NCBI GenBank assembly: GCA_054661495.1
Contig: BAAFSQ010000050.1
Coordinates: 20,807 to 52,806, forward strand
Length of the DNA stretch: 32,000 bases
Reading direction: 5' to 3'
From: Zygophlyctis sp. KS116
Lineage: Eukaryota; Fungi; Chytridiomycota
Positions 1-11,093 of the stretch are shown here, in pieces (positions within the stretch are counted from its first letter, which is position 1; each line of letters begins with the position of its first letter). A program made the translations under genes and the position numbers. Below the pieces are notes generated by a model. That model was not told the origin of the DNA. It ran no database searches and saw only the letters and a program-made list of their open reading frames with translations.

Positions 1-867
1 CTGCACTTTCAATTCTTCTATTTGGGCCCATCTAATTACTGAATCACATTTTCCCATCATGAAAATCAAGTCTGTATCCATATCATACAAAGGAGTAATG
101 ACCCCTGTTGAAGCATCTATTTTATGTGTACTAATTGGTCGAGATAAATCTCTAAAATCCCATAAACAGAACTCTCTTTCCCTTCTGGAGCTAAATCCAG
201 TTGTTATAGCATTTCCGTTTTTTATACCAACAACTTTTGATGGTTTTATCCCAGAATGGCAATTCCCTTGAGACTCGCATTTAGAAGACTTGACATCCCA
301 TAGCCTAATAATATTATCTTTTGATACTGTGACTGCTTGAGAACCTTGACTAGTCCATGCTAAACTTTGGATTTCAGACACTGCATCAAACGAGTTAAAT
401 ACGCATGATGTTTCCACATTATACACCAAAAGACTATTATCGGTTGATGCGACCAAAATATTAGCAGCGATATTATTAAATCTAATAATATTCACAGCTT
501 TTCCTAAAGAATGATAAGAAAGTAGAGATTCATTTTCGTAAATCTTTATAGAATCCTCTGTTCCTGCCGCTAATAAGTTCCCATGAGCAGACACAAAACG
601 ACTATAGTCTAAATCTCTTACAGCACCTGCATTAATATTATAATCTAGTGCATTTCCCTCCTGGAAGGATGTTATTGCTATCCCATTACAAAATGAATAC
701 GCAACAGAGTTCGGACAAGCACTGAGCGCAGGTTCATTTGATGATGGTTTTGCCAATGTCTTCCAATTGTGTTTCTTTGGAACGTTAAAGCTACAATTTC
801 TTTCTGTGAGAGGACATCATACTCACCTGTATTTTGATACGTTTCCAAATCTAGAATTGGAGCTCAT
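1..867 (-). CDS. Coronin-7-like WD40 actin regulator, 5' part (runs off the left edge)
   Basis: Not in the ORF track. ATG at 867, intron 800-826 (27 nt, GTGAGT...AAG). The spliced N-terminus SKYRNCSFNVPKKHNW matches the coronin-7 start SKFRHxxxxPPRRESW. Downstream is the coronin signature TTGFSSRREREFCLWDFRDLSRPISTHKIDASTGVITPLYDMDTDLIFMMGKCDSVIRW. The frame is open to position 1. Confidence 0.85.
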
Positions 868-888
868 GAAACAATTTCCCGAAAGAAT

Positions 889-2064
889 TTACGACACTTT
901 ATAATATTCATAACCTTGCAAATCCAAATCTGCAATGTTAAAGTTCCATCCACTCTTAAATAATTCACTTGTAAACTGTCCTAAAATCTTTGATTTTTCT
1001 AATTGATTAGTCTGATCAAGAACTGCAAGGAGATACGCCTTTAGAATTGTTTCACGGCTTAATCCTCTTGAAAGAAAGATAAATCTCTTCTTCTGATCCT
1101 TGATCACGACTGTATCTTGATTTTGAAACTTTTTAATTACTATTGCCTGATCTTGCAATCCAAGTTTATAAATACTTTCTCCAATATAAATATTATCATT
1201 ATAAAACCTTAGAGACTCTTTCCTTGCGACAACTTCCGGACTTGGTATTGATCCTTTGGTAATATAATGATCAAATATAATTCTAGCTCTCTGCCTATTA
1301 ATATTTACAAGTATAACAGCAGATATGGCTAAATAATTAAAATACAAATGTAAAGATCCTAATACAATAAATATCATCCAAACCTTTAGATTTTCAAGCG
1401 GAATAAATTGTATTAGATAAGATCCAATAATCATTCCTATTAAATTAACTAGAGTCTCTTGACTTCCATCCTTTGCATCCAAATCAGCTGTATTTCCTTT
1501 AATAGCAAAATGATTTGTTAGTGCACTTTTGGTGGCACCACCAGCAACTGCAGTTAATGTCTTGAAAATCACTGATAATGATGCAAAAAGAGTAAAAACC
1601 ATCTTATTTTCAAATGATGCAGCAGTGAAATCTAGAGCATATCCAATATTATTAAAGAAATCTGCTGCATATCTCCAACTTTTAAGCTGCGATGAGAATT
1701 TATATGAATAGATATACGCAAAGATTATCCTTGAGATCATATGAATCCCATCTCTTAATGTCCATGTTAGCAATGCATGTAGAACTGATGAATTAGAGTC
1801 GCCAACGCCAAATCCACGGAGCATTGATCTAGTTGACAACATCCCTATAAAAGAAGAACAAAAGGCCTGAAGAGTATCATAAGTCTGGTAATCAATATAA
1901 TCACTAGAAACTGTTTGTGGATATCCGACTGGAAGAAATGCACTTTTGAACAATAATATTAAACTGGATTCTTTTGAGAGTGATTTATTTTGTACATTCT
2001 TGGTTTGTTCTTGCAGAGAGTATTCCGATATATCATTCAAAGCTCTACTTTCAATAATCTTCAT
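889..2064 (-). CDS. RUS1/DUF647 (root UVB sensitive, C16orf58-like) membrane protein, 391 aa
   Basis: Family motifs FLPVGYPQTVSSDYIDYQTYDTLQAFCSS, WRYAADFFN, HFAIKGNTADLDAKDGSQET and NRQRA. Confidence 0.9.
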   Translation of the reverse strand: MKIIESRALNDISEYSLQEQTKNVQNKSLSKESSLILLFKSAFLPVGYPQTVSSDYIDYQTYDTLQAFCSSFIGMLSTRSMLRGFGVGDSNSSVLHALLTWTLRDGIHMISRIIFAYIYSYKFSSQLKSWRYAADFFNNIGYALDFTAASFENKMVFTLFASLSVIFKTLTAVAGGATKSALTNHFAIKGNTADLDAKDGSQETLVNLIGMIIGSYLIQFIPLENLKVWMIFIVLGSLHLYFNYLAISAVILVNINRQRARIIFDHYITKGSIPSPEVVARKESLRFYNDNIYIGESIYKLGLQDQAIVIKKFQNQDTVVIKDQKKRFIFLSRGLSRETILKAYLLAVLDQTNQLEKSKILGQFTSELFKSGWNFNIADLDLQGYEYYKVS

Positions 2065-2263
2065 TCTTTTCTCTGATGCCTCCGCAAATTAAATTATGAG
2101 TGATCAATGATGAATGGACAATACTCAGTGTACAAAAGAAAGGAAATGCATCATGGATCATGGCTATAAAAGGTAAAGATTTATTATCGTAATTGCAATC
2201 TGGACATGCGCAACTTCAACGCAACCCCTGCAATTGCAAATTCTCTTTTTTTTCTAATCTGCA

Positions 2264-3734
2264 ATGCTCATTCTCTATGAAACCCCGGCTGGTTATGCCC
2301 TCTTTAAGATGAAGGATGATGGCAAATTAACAAATCCAGATGATCTCTCCAAATGCTTTGAAACCGCTGAAGCTGCAAACAAGGCAATCAAGTTGAAGTC
2401 TTTTGATAAATTTGAAAATACAACTGATGCATTGGCTGCAGTTTCTTCTTTAGTGGAAGGCAAATTATCTAAAAACTTGAAATCATTCTTGAAAAGAGAA
2501 ATTTCAGGAAAGGATTTGGATGGAAAACTTGCTGTAGCAGACTCAAAACTTGGTGCTGCAATCAGTAAAAAATTGGGATTAAATGTTATATCTGATGCAT
2601 CTACTTCTGAATTGATTAGAGGAATTAGATCTCAGGTAGCATCACTTATTTCAGGTCTACCAGAGTCTGATATGAATGCAATGGCTTTAGGACTTTCACA
2701 CTCGCTCTCTCGCTACAAGTTAAAATTTTCTCCTGATAAAGTTGATACAATGATTGTTCAGGCAATTGCTCTCTTGGATGATCTAGACAAGGAATTGAAT
2801 ACATATACCATGAGAGTTAAAGAATGGTATGGATGGCATTTTCCAGAAATTGGAAAAGTTCTCGTGGATAATTTGGCTTATGCTAAAGTAGTTAAACTTA
2901 TGGGTTTTAGAACAAATGCAGAGACAACTGATTTCTCGTCTGTTCTTCCAGAAGAATTAGAGACTGAAATTAAAGCTCTTGCAGAAGTTTCAATGGGAAC
3001 TGAAATATCTGAAGAGGATATTGAAAACATAACATTTTTGTGTGACCAAATTATTTCTATTTCAGAGTATCGTAGTCAATTATATGATTATTTAAAGAAT
3101 CGAATGGTTACAATTGCACCAAATTTAACTGCTTTAGTTGGAGAATTAGTTGGTGCAAGATTAATAGCACATGCTGGATCTCTTTTAAATTTAGCAAAGC
3201 AACCTGCATCAACTGTTCAAATTCTTGGAGCTGAAAAAGCTCTTTTTAGAGCTCTCAAGGCTAAACATGATACACCAAAATATGGTCTTATTTATCATGC
3301 ATCTTTAGTTGGACAGTCTGGCTCAAAGATTAAGGGAAAAATAGCAAGATTAGTTGCATCTAAAGCCTCATTAGCTGTTAGATGTGATGCATTAGGTGAT
3401 GGTGAAACTCCAAATATTGGAGCTGATGCTAGATTATGCATTGAAAAAAGACTGGCTCAACTTGAAGGAAGAGCTATTAAAAGTTCTAATTCTCCTGCTG
3501 GTGTTGGTAAATCACCCACTCCTAAATTTGAAATGAATGAGTAAATATTTTTGTAAATTTACATTTAGGGTAAAGACTTATAACACTGCGTCTGATCTTG
3601 TCAGTCCTGAAAAGAAAAAGGATAAAAAGAAGAAATCAAAGGATGGAGAATCTAAAAAGAAGCGCAAGTCTGAAGATGCTGAAAGTTCAAAAAAGAAAAA
3701 AACCAAAGAGTCTAAAGAAGGTGGTGAGTCCTGA
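2264..3734 (+). CDS. NOP58: Nucleolar box C/D snoRNP protein Nop58, about 480 aa
   Basis: MLILYETPAGYALFK start, GLSHSLSRYKLKFSPDKVDTMIVQAI, and Nop domain STVQILGAEKALFRALK...TPKYGLIYHASLVGQ. Intron 3541-3568 (28 nt) joins the lysine-rich tail. Confidence 0.96.
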
Positions 3735-4060
3735 TGCATAAATTCCCTTGAAGTTTCCCAATTAGGTTAAAATATGATTTTTTTTCTACTCTAGTATACT
3801 GTTTGAGATTAAGATCGGACTGAACGTGGCACATTGCAGGGTTTCAATTAAGGGTCAAATAAAAAATAAAATCTAGGAATTCTAAAAATTCTAGGTGTGC
3901 GTCTGGGTGTTACATCAAGTCCATGTGGAAACAATTCTTCTTAAAGTAAAAACAAGTATCAAATAAAAATATATTGATCCATGAGTTTTAAAAAGCAAGA
4001 GATGCAAGTACTAGATCAGAAATTTAAAAGATTTTGCGTTTGCGCGTTTTGACAAAAAAA

Positions 4061-5001
4061 ATGAAATTTCCAAATCCAATTGTTGCTAAATCTCTTGGAG
4101 TGAGTCCTCTAGGATCTAGAAACATGGCAACTCTAAAAGAAATTTCAATGCGTTTGAAATCTGTGTCAAACATTGCTAAAATTACTAAATCTATGAAAAT
4201 GATTGCCTCTACTAAAGTTGCTAGAGCTCAGAGAACTATGGAAGCTGCCCGGACTTTTGGTTCTTCCTTTAACTGTAAGAATTTATATATAATGATTAGC
4301 TTTTTACGACCATATTGAAACAAAATCTGAAGCTCCTTCTTCTCTAGTAGTTGCTGTATCTTCAGATCGTGGATTATGTGGAGGAATTCATTCTTCTATT
4401 TCTAAAGCTTCTAAAAAATACTTGGCTAAAAATGATGCTTCAGTAGTCATTATTGGACAAAAGGCAAAATCTCAAATTACTAGAGAATTTAAAAAATCTG
4501 TAGTTTTAACTTTTGATGGTGTAGCAAAGAATATTCCTACTTGGTCTGAAGCGGCAATTATTGGAGATGAATTATTATCAAAGAAATTATCTACTGGTTC
4601 TACTAAAATCTTTTATAATTCTTTTAAATCTGTGATTGCTTTTGAAACTACTGCAATGACTGTTTATACCGGTGAAATTTTGAAATCTTCACGTAATTCT
4701 CTATTTTTCTAAAAAAATTAGCAAAATTAGCAGCTTATGAAGTTGAAGAAGAGGTTTTAAAGTCTTTTGAAGAATTTGCACTTGCTAATTCCTTGTATTG
4801 GGCTATTGCAGAAGGTTATGCTTCAGAAATGGCAGCTAGAAGAACAGCCATGGAAAATGCTACTAAAAATGCTGGTGAAATGATTCAAAAATTAACATTG
4901 GTCTATAATAGATCTAGACAGGCAACTATTACTAATGATCTTGTAATTTATATTTATTTTAACTTTAGATTGATATCATTACAGGTGCATCCTGTATGTA
5001 G
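4061..5001 (+). CDS. ATP3: Mitochondrial F1 ATP synthase gamma subunit, 286 aa
   Basis: [40 protein letters not shown], and [16 protein letters not shown]...[16 protein letters not shown]. Introns 4275-4299 (25), 4693-4721 (29) and 4943-4968 (26). Ends at TAG. Confidence 0.96.
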
Positions 5002-5022
5002 GCAAAGGATTTATTATAAAAA

Positions 5023-5706
5023 ATGTCTTTTCAATTGACTATTTGCTCTTTATTATTGCTATATATTCCAATCAGTAGTCTTATAATTATGAATTTTAGT
5101 TGGAAATACTATACAATTCTTATTATAACTCTGATTTATTTTTATTTATCTGCTACAACTAGAGCAGGATCTCCATTAACTTTAATTGATGGATCTCTGA
5201 TAAACTGTCATTTATGTTCTACTCCCAAACCAGAGAGATGTCATCATTGTAAGAAATGTAAAACTTGTATTTTAAGAATGGATCATCATTGTATTTGGTT
5301 GAATAATTGCATTGGATTCTATAATATTGGACATTTCTCTAGATTTCTAAATTTCATTTCTATATTATCTGTATGGACTCTAATTAGAACATTATATAGT
5401 TTATTTAATCTCTCTGCTAATCATTCTACAGGAAAAATAATTATTTGTTGTATCAATATAGTCATTTTAATGCCATTTACTAGTATTATACTAATGATGG
5501 CATGGAGTATGATTTCAAACATTTCTAGGAATTTCACTGAAATTGAAAGACTGGAATTTTATGATTTTTTACTACAAGACTCTAACCATCCTTTTGATTT
5601 AGGAATACGACATAATCTGAATGAAATTCTGGGACATTATGTGGTTGGATGGATATTGCCTCTTGGGCCACGGGGAAATGGAATCTCTTTCAGGAAGAAG
5701 AGCTGA
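5023..5706 (+). CDS. DHHC palmitoyltransferase (Pfa4-like), compact 227 aa
   Basis: Cys-rich domain [43 protein letters not shown], TTxE-like TEIE, and C-terminal PFDLG...NL. Confidence 0.9.
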   Translation: MSFQLTICSLLLLYIPISSLIIMNFSWKYYTILIITLIYFYLSATTRAGSPLTLIDGSLINCHLCSTPKPERCHHCKKCKTCILRMDHHCIWLNNCIGFYNIGHFSRFLNFISILSVWTLIRTLYSLFNLSANHSTGKIIICCINIVILMPFTSIILMMAWSMISNISRNFTEIERLEFYDFLLQDSNHPFDLGIRHNLNEILGHYVVGWILPLGPRGNGISFRKKS

Positions 5707-5711
5707 TTTAT

Positions 5712-5745
5712 TATACTACTATTACTACTATTGCTACTACAGCAA
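5712..5745. repeat. Degenerate (TAC/TAT)n microsatellite 3' of the DHHC gene
   Basis: Sequence tatactactattactactattgctactacagc. Confidence 0.55.
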
Positions 5746-5827
5746 CTGAAGATAGGGAACTAAAGATCTTCAAGTACTCAGTAGATGAATTCAGATTTAA
5801 TTTCCTTTCGCAATATTAAAAATAAAA

Positions 5828-6715
5828 ATGAAATCAAATCCATTGGCAGATGCGACTGCAGGCGCTGTTGGTGCTGTAGTATCTAATACTCTTGTTTTTC
5901 CTTTAGATGTGTAATTTACTCTTTTAATTATTAGAATAAAAACTAGACTACAGGCGAATAATACAAAAGATTATTCTTCTATACTAAATGCATTAAAGAC
6001 TATACTAAAGGAAGAAGGAATACTTGGGTTTTACAAAGGATATACTATTTCTACAATTGGCACAATAACTTCTTCCTTTTCTTATTTTTATATTTACTCG
6101 TCAATCAGACATAAAATACTAAAAATTGTAGAGTCTCCTCTTTCAATTTCTGTAGAATTATTTATTGGAGCTATTGCAGGAGCATTATGTCAGTTTTTGG
6201 TTTTACCTCTTGCTATAATTACTACTAGAGAACAAACAATGAAAACAGACTCTATTCAAAGTACAATTATAAATATATACAAGGAAAAAGGAATGATTGG
6301 ATTTTGGACAGGACTAAAAGCATCATTAATACTTACTTCTAATCCTGCAATCACGTATGGTGTTTTTGAAAGATTAAAAGGAATTATAACTAGAAAAAAC
6401 AAGACTCCTTTAACTTCTATACAAGTATTTATTATTGGAGCTATTTCAAAGACTTTAGCTACTATAGTCACATATCCTTATATAATGGCAAAAGTTAAAT
6501 TACAATACGAGTCTGAAATTAAATCTTCAAGTTTAATTCTAAAAAAAATATTGAAAAAAGATGGATTTTTAGGACTTTATAAAGGATTAAATGCTCAAAT
6601 TTTAAAAGCAGTTTTATCTCAATCTATTCTTTTTACAAGTAAAGAGAAATTACAAGAATCTACAAATTTATTATTAGTAGCTTCTGGAATTTTACAAGAT
6701 GAATCAGAATTATAA
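5828..6715 (+). CDS. Mitochondrial carrier family protein, peroxisomal adenine nucleotide transporter (Ant1/PMP34-like), 287 aa
   Basis: ATG at 5828. Intron 5911-5934 (24 nt) restores PLDVIKTRLQ. Further carrier repeats PLAIITTREQ and YPYIMAKVKLQ. LTSNPAITYGVFERLK is typical of Ant1-like carriers. Confidence 0.85.
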
Positions 6716-7123
6716 AATAGACATTTTGTAAATTGCTACGAAATTACTGTAACCTTTAAGAATCTTGATCTTTACGTGTTTTATCTGATCTAGAGGAGAA
6801 GAGACTGAAATCGATTGAAAGTTTTCAGAGTCTTGAATGGAATCTAAAATTAAATCTAGAAATTTACCAAATGATTTCAATAATTGCAAATCTAGAGGAA
6901 GTTGTTCTCGTCCGATCCAAATTTCTAATTCTGCAATCCTTGAAAGAACTAGAGAAATCTTTTCTGCAGATGTTGATTCTTTAAAGGTAAATAATAACTC
7001 ATGGGTTGATAGTCCTGTAGATACCCAAAAGTTTTTTAATGATTGATTAAGAATATTGCATGGTGGATGGGATGGATGATAAGAGGTTGCGGCTCCGGAC
7101 ACCATTATTGACGCGAGATCCAT
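6710..7123 (-). CDS. IFT25: Intraflagellar transport protein 25 (HSPB11) homolog, about 129 aa
   Basis: ATSYHPSHPPCNIL...FWVSTGLSTHELLFTF resembles IFT25 ATSxDxxHPPENI...FWxTTGMFPQEF, and the C-terminus reads IKILKGYSNFVAIY. First ATG at 7123. Probable in-frame intron 6844-6867 (24 nt). Confidence 0.8.
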   Translation of the reverse strand: MDLASIMVSGAATSYHPSHPPCNILNQSLKNFWVSTGLSTHELLFTFKESTSAEKISLVLSRIAELEIWIGREQLPLDLQLLKSFGKFLDLILDSIQDSENFQSISVSSPLDQIKHVKIKILKGYSNFVAIYKMSIL

Positions 7124-7175
7124 TCTGATCAAGGCACTTTTACGTGTCTCTTTCTGCTGCAACTAAACTTTTTCG

Positions 7176-7224
7176 TAATTTCTAAATTTCTAATTTTCTT
7201 AATTTCTAAATTTCTAATTTTTCT
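7176..7224. repeat. Short AT-rich tandem repeat in the IFT25/RGP1 divergent spacer
   Basis: TAATTTCTAAATTTCTAATTTT occurs twice with a 24-nt period, built on an 8-nt AATTTCTA unit. Confidence 0.7.
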
Positions 7225-7412
7225 AGTAATACTAATCTTTGTAGAGATTACCAGTTTGAAGGATGCGATCAATGGAATACATGGTCTTTAAACAGTGCAA
7301 AAATTCTTATTAGAATTATTAGCGTGTAATATTAGGAAAATTAAAGGAAATTACAAGCCTTTAAAATCCTTTACAAAATTGTCAAATCGCAAATTGAATT
7401 TATTTTCTTTAA

Positions 7413-9314
7413 ATGGGATTATCAGTTAAATGGACATTTGAAAATGAATCAATATTCTACGCGGGGGAACCATTAATTATATATTTGACACTGTCATGTA
7501 ATTTAGAAACAAGGAGACAAGTTGCAGCTGCTCCGCAACCTTCTTTTTTGTCTTCAGTGTTTGGTTTATTTTCTCCTTCAAGTAGTACAGAGTCATCTCC
7601 AGCTCCAAATCCATCTAATAATCAATCTGTCGAAGCTCAAAATTCTAGGAAAAAAAGTATACTGTTTGTGCCAAAATCTAGAGAAATTATTCCTGGAAAT
7701 TACAAATTAAATGATGAAAATCAACAGGTTTTAGAAGAGGAAATTCAAGAGATGCCATTGACAATTCAACTCTCTAATTTAAATATTTCAGCGCCTCAAG
7801 AACTAGAAATTAAGCCTGATCTACAAACAGGTCCCATAAACACTACTCCTTTGGTAAATGGTAAAACTCAAAAGAGAGAGAAACCACCATTTGCAAGGCC
7901 ATTATCAGTCGTGTCTCATGCAGAGTCTGCTATACAAGTATCTCCAATAGTACAGGAAAATGTAGAAAAGGATTCAAACCAACAAGAGATTGCTTGGGTA
8001 TTTGCTCAAATGCAGGGGAATTTCAAGGTTGATGTAAGACTTTTATCTCTAAATATAGGATACAATAGTTAAAAGTGATGCATTCAAGTCTCTTCAAAGT
8101 AAAATTACATATAGAATTGATGGTGGGAATACAGGTGGAGGTTTGATTGGTGGGGGTGCATTGACTGCAAGTAATACAAATTTGGGGTCTCCTTCACAAC
8201 CAAGACCACGGAAAATATTGGATTCATATCCAATTTATAGTACTCCTCCATCAATTATTGTGTCTGATTTAACTTTAAAACCAGGAGAATCAAGGACATG
8301 TAATTTTCAAGTTTTTATTATTAGACAAATACGAACTTTTACTTCCACCAGTCCTTCCTCCTAGTTTTAATGGGAGATGCTCTAGAATTTCATATAGACT
8401 GATTTTAGGAATACAAAAGGCCGACATGAGCTTAAAATCTCATGTAATTAAAATTCCAGTTAGAATTTTCAATAGAACAAATGGTAAAATCCCTTTTTTT
8501 AAATCTAGATGATGGATCTCGTCATATTTATGAAATTCTTAATCCTATTATGATGACTGTTGATGAATCAATTACTAAACCTTGTGATTCAGATTTTCAA
8601 AAACCTGAAATTTTGAATCGTACTGAACGTAATAAAGTCTCCTTGCTACCTTCTTCGGCCAGTGAAAGCCAATTAAATATTCAACAAATATGTTTATATT
8701 CTCAAAGAGGTATTTCTAATATTATTAAATTTATAGTATCTTATGACATTTGTAAAAACAATGAACATGTAGCAAAATTAATTTTACTTCGTGGATCTTA
8801 TCGACTAGGAGATTCCGTAGTTGGACTAATTAATTTTGAAAAAAGCATTGTACCTACAATAGAGGTAATTTTTTATAATTAATTATAGGCCTCTGTGTAT
8901 TTAGAAACTGTAGAGACTGTTGATCAAAGATTTTCTTTACAGTCCAAGGCACATATAAACAATTTTTCCTTGAAACTATTTTCAGAAGCACATAAATTCA
9001 CTCTTCACACTAAAAGAATGAGCTTTGTACTTGCATTACCACTAGACGCCTCTCCAGACTTTCAAACAACTGCTAGTACTTTATTTTTATTAATTATAGT
9101 GGGTTATAGTTGGCATTTAAGATTTGAATTTATCACTGGACTTGCTGATGACTTGTATTTAACCCTAAAGTCTGGAGACGAGGGTAATTTCCTGGAAACC
9201 CATGCTAAACAAATGATTAATTCCAGTTCATTTGATTGTATTATCCCCATCAAAGTATATGGAGTTCGAAAGGGACTACGTAAATGGAAATCACAAAAGT
9301 ATGATATATCTTGA
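7413..9314 (+). CDS. RGP1: Rgp1 (Ric1-Rgp1 Rab6/Ypt6 GEF subunit), about 583 aa
   Basis: IFYAGE start, IYSTPPSIIVSDLTLKPGESRTYKYELLLPPVLPPSFNG, YRLGDSVVG and FQTTAMGYSWHLRFEF. Introns 8034-8058, 8300-8324, 8484-8508 (25 each), 8710-8736 (27), 8865-8888 and 9076-9099 (24 each). Confidence 0.88.
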
Positions 9315-9366
9315 ATCCTTGATAAGTTTATAGACAATAGTTGAGTAGGGTTGAGCGTTGTAAAAA

Positions 9367-9876
9367 ATGGGAATTCCATATCCACTCAAAGTCTGGCGAT
9401 TGGGAAAAGATGTTTGCAAAGGTGGACCGCTTGCTGATCCGATCAGACTTGGATCTCTTCCTTATTCCCTGTCAAAGTACAAGAGAGTCATTCCCAACAT
9501 TTTTCATGGTAAAAAAATCACTTTTGGGAATTCTGTGTCTGCTCAAGGAAAGAATGCAACTAGACGTGCGTTTTATCCAAATATTGTAATTTCATCAGTG
9601 TACTCTAGAGCGCTAGACATGAGAATTACAAGCCGAATGTCTGCTTTAGCTCTTCGTAATGTTTCTAATTCAGGAGGTTTTGATGAATATATTCTATCTA
9701 CCAAGGATGAATTACTTCCATGTCCGATATCTCAAATGATCAAGAAGAAAATATCTGATGCTTATAATGGAATTGGTCCGAAAAGTCTTGGTCTTAAAGA
9801 GTCTAGTAATAATTTAAAAGAGATTTTAGAAAAGAGGTATGGGATGGAATACACAAAGTATGATTATTTAGACTAA
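9367..9876 (+). CDS. Mitochondrial ribosomal protein bL28m (yeast Mrpl24-like), 169 aa
   Basis: L28 motif IFHGKKITFGNSVS...TRRAFYPNI...YSRALD...ALRNVSNSGGFDEYIL. Confidence 0.85.
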   Translation: MGIPYPLKVWRLGKDVCKGGPLADPIRLGSLPYSLSKYKRVIPNIFHGKKITFGNSVSAQGKNATRRAFYPNIVISSVYSRALDMRITSRMSALALRNVSNSGGFDEYILSTKDELLPCPISQMIKKKISDAYNGIGPKSLGLKESSNNLKEILEKRYGMEYTKYDYLD

Positions 9877-10005
9877 AGTTAGATTACTAAAGAAACACAA
9901 GTGTTTATTATTAGAAACTGCAGACAAGTAAGCTTATAAAGGCTTTATCTGCGCAAACTAAATACAATTATAGATTTTAAATTGAGAATAGTAAGATCTA
10001 GTAAG

Positions 10006-11061
10006 ATGACGATGAATGATGACATCGCGAGTAATTCTCAAAGAATGGAATTATCGCCGCAATCAGAAGAAAATGGTAAAATATTAAATGTAAAAGATAG
10101 TTCCATGTCAAGAGTTTGATTTTGGATTTATGAAGAATGCATTTCAGTCGCCAGAGTCTCCAATAAAACCTCAATCTTTGTCAAAAATATCCAACGATCT
10201 CATAGAAAATGATTACAAGAAGAATGGTTTTGGGAATAATAAGGACATTGATGTCAAGAGAATGGAAAAGAAAGCGGTCGGTTTTATTCTAGCAACTGCT
10301 GTAAAGTCAGATTTAGATGCAGTAAATTACAAAGTTGCTAGAAAAATGTCTGAAGAGAGGAAGAGAGATATTATTGTATCTACAGAAAATCAATCATTGT
10401 TTGCTAAACACTCAAATTCAGGAAATGATTTGCTTAATAGGGAATTTCAGTCATCAAAACAATACTCTGGGCAAGTCATACAAAGTCAAAATCATGTATC
10501 AAATTCAAGAGTAAATTATAATGCCAAAATAGTCTATAGGTATCAGTTTGAAGCTTCTCCTCCGGATTGGATTGGTGCTTGGGAAGGGAAAACTAGGAAA
10601 TTTGGGCTTCCTCCAAATACAAGTATTCTACATTTTGCTTTTATGGGTGGAGTTCTATCAAGACTAGATGATACAGGTTTTGAAGAAGGAAATATATCTG
10701 TAAAAGGATTTCAAAAGAATCAAATGGCACTCTCAAATGTAATAGATAATAGTGAAAATGCTGGGAATGCTGGAAATATCAATAATGTTCCAGAAATGAT
10801 CTCATCTCAGGAATTTAATTTTATGCTTTTACAGACTGTAAAATTTAAATTATACAGGCATTGGACAAATGATAATGACTGCGCATACTGTAAAATATGT
10901 AATATTCGTTTTAGCTTTCTAAAGAGGAAACATCATTGTAGATTGTAAGTCTTTAGGTTAATATTGGTAGGTGTGGAGAGATTTTATGTTCTGGCTGTTC
11001 AAATAAGAGGGAATATGGAGTTCGTGTTTGTGATATATGTGATGCATTAATGAATAAATAG
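10006..11061 (+). CDS. FYVE zinc-finger protein with unassigned N-terminal region, about 334 aa
   Basis: Splicing intron 10945-10970 (26 nt) gives WTNDNDCAYCKICNIRFSFLKRKHHCRLCGEILCSGCS...RVCDIC, with the WxxD, RKHHCR and RVC motifs. An upstream exon from ATG 10006 joins via intron 10076-10100 (25 nt); the start is less certain. Confidence 0.8.
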
Positions 11062-11093
11062 TTATTCATGTTAACATTTTTATTTATCCATTC

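Noticed and set aside
2108-2200. C box ATGATGA upstream of NOP58
   Set aside because: No D box at a suitable distance.
3800-3936. Possible H/ACA snoRNA downstream of NOP58
   Set aside because: There is a weak hairpin ending near ACA at 3931, but the pocket-to-ACA distance is atypical and H-box matches are trivial in A-rich DNA.
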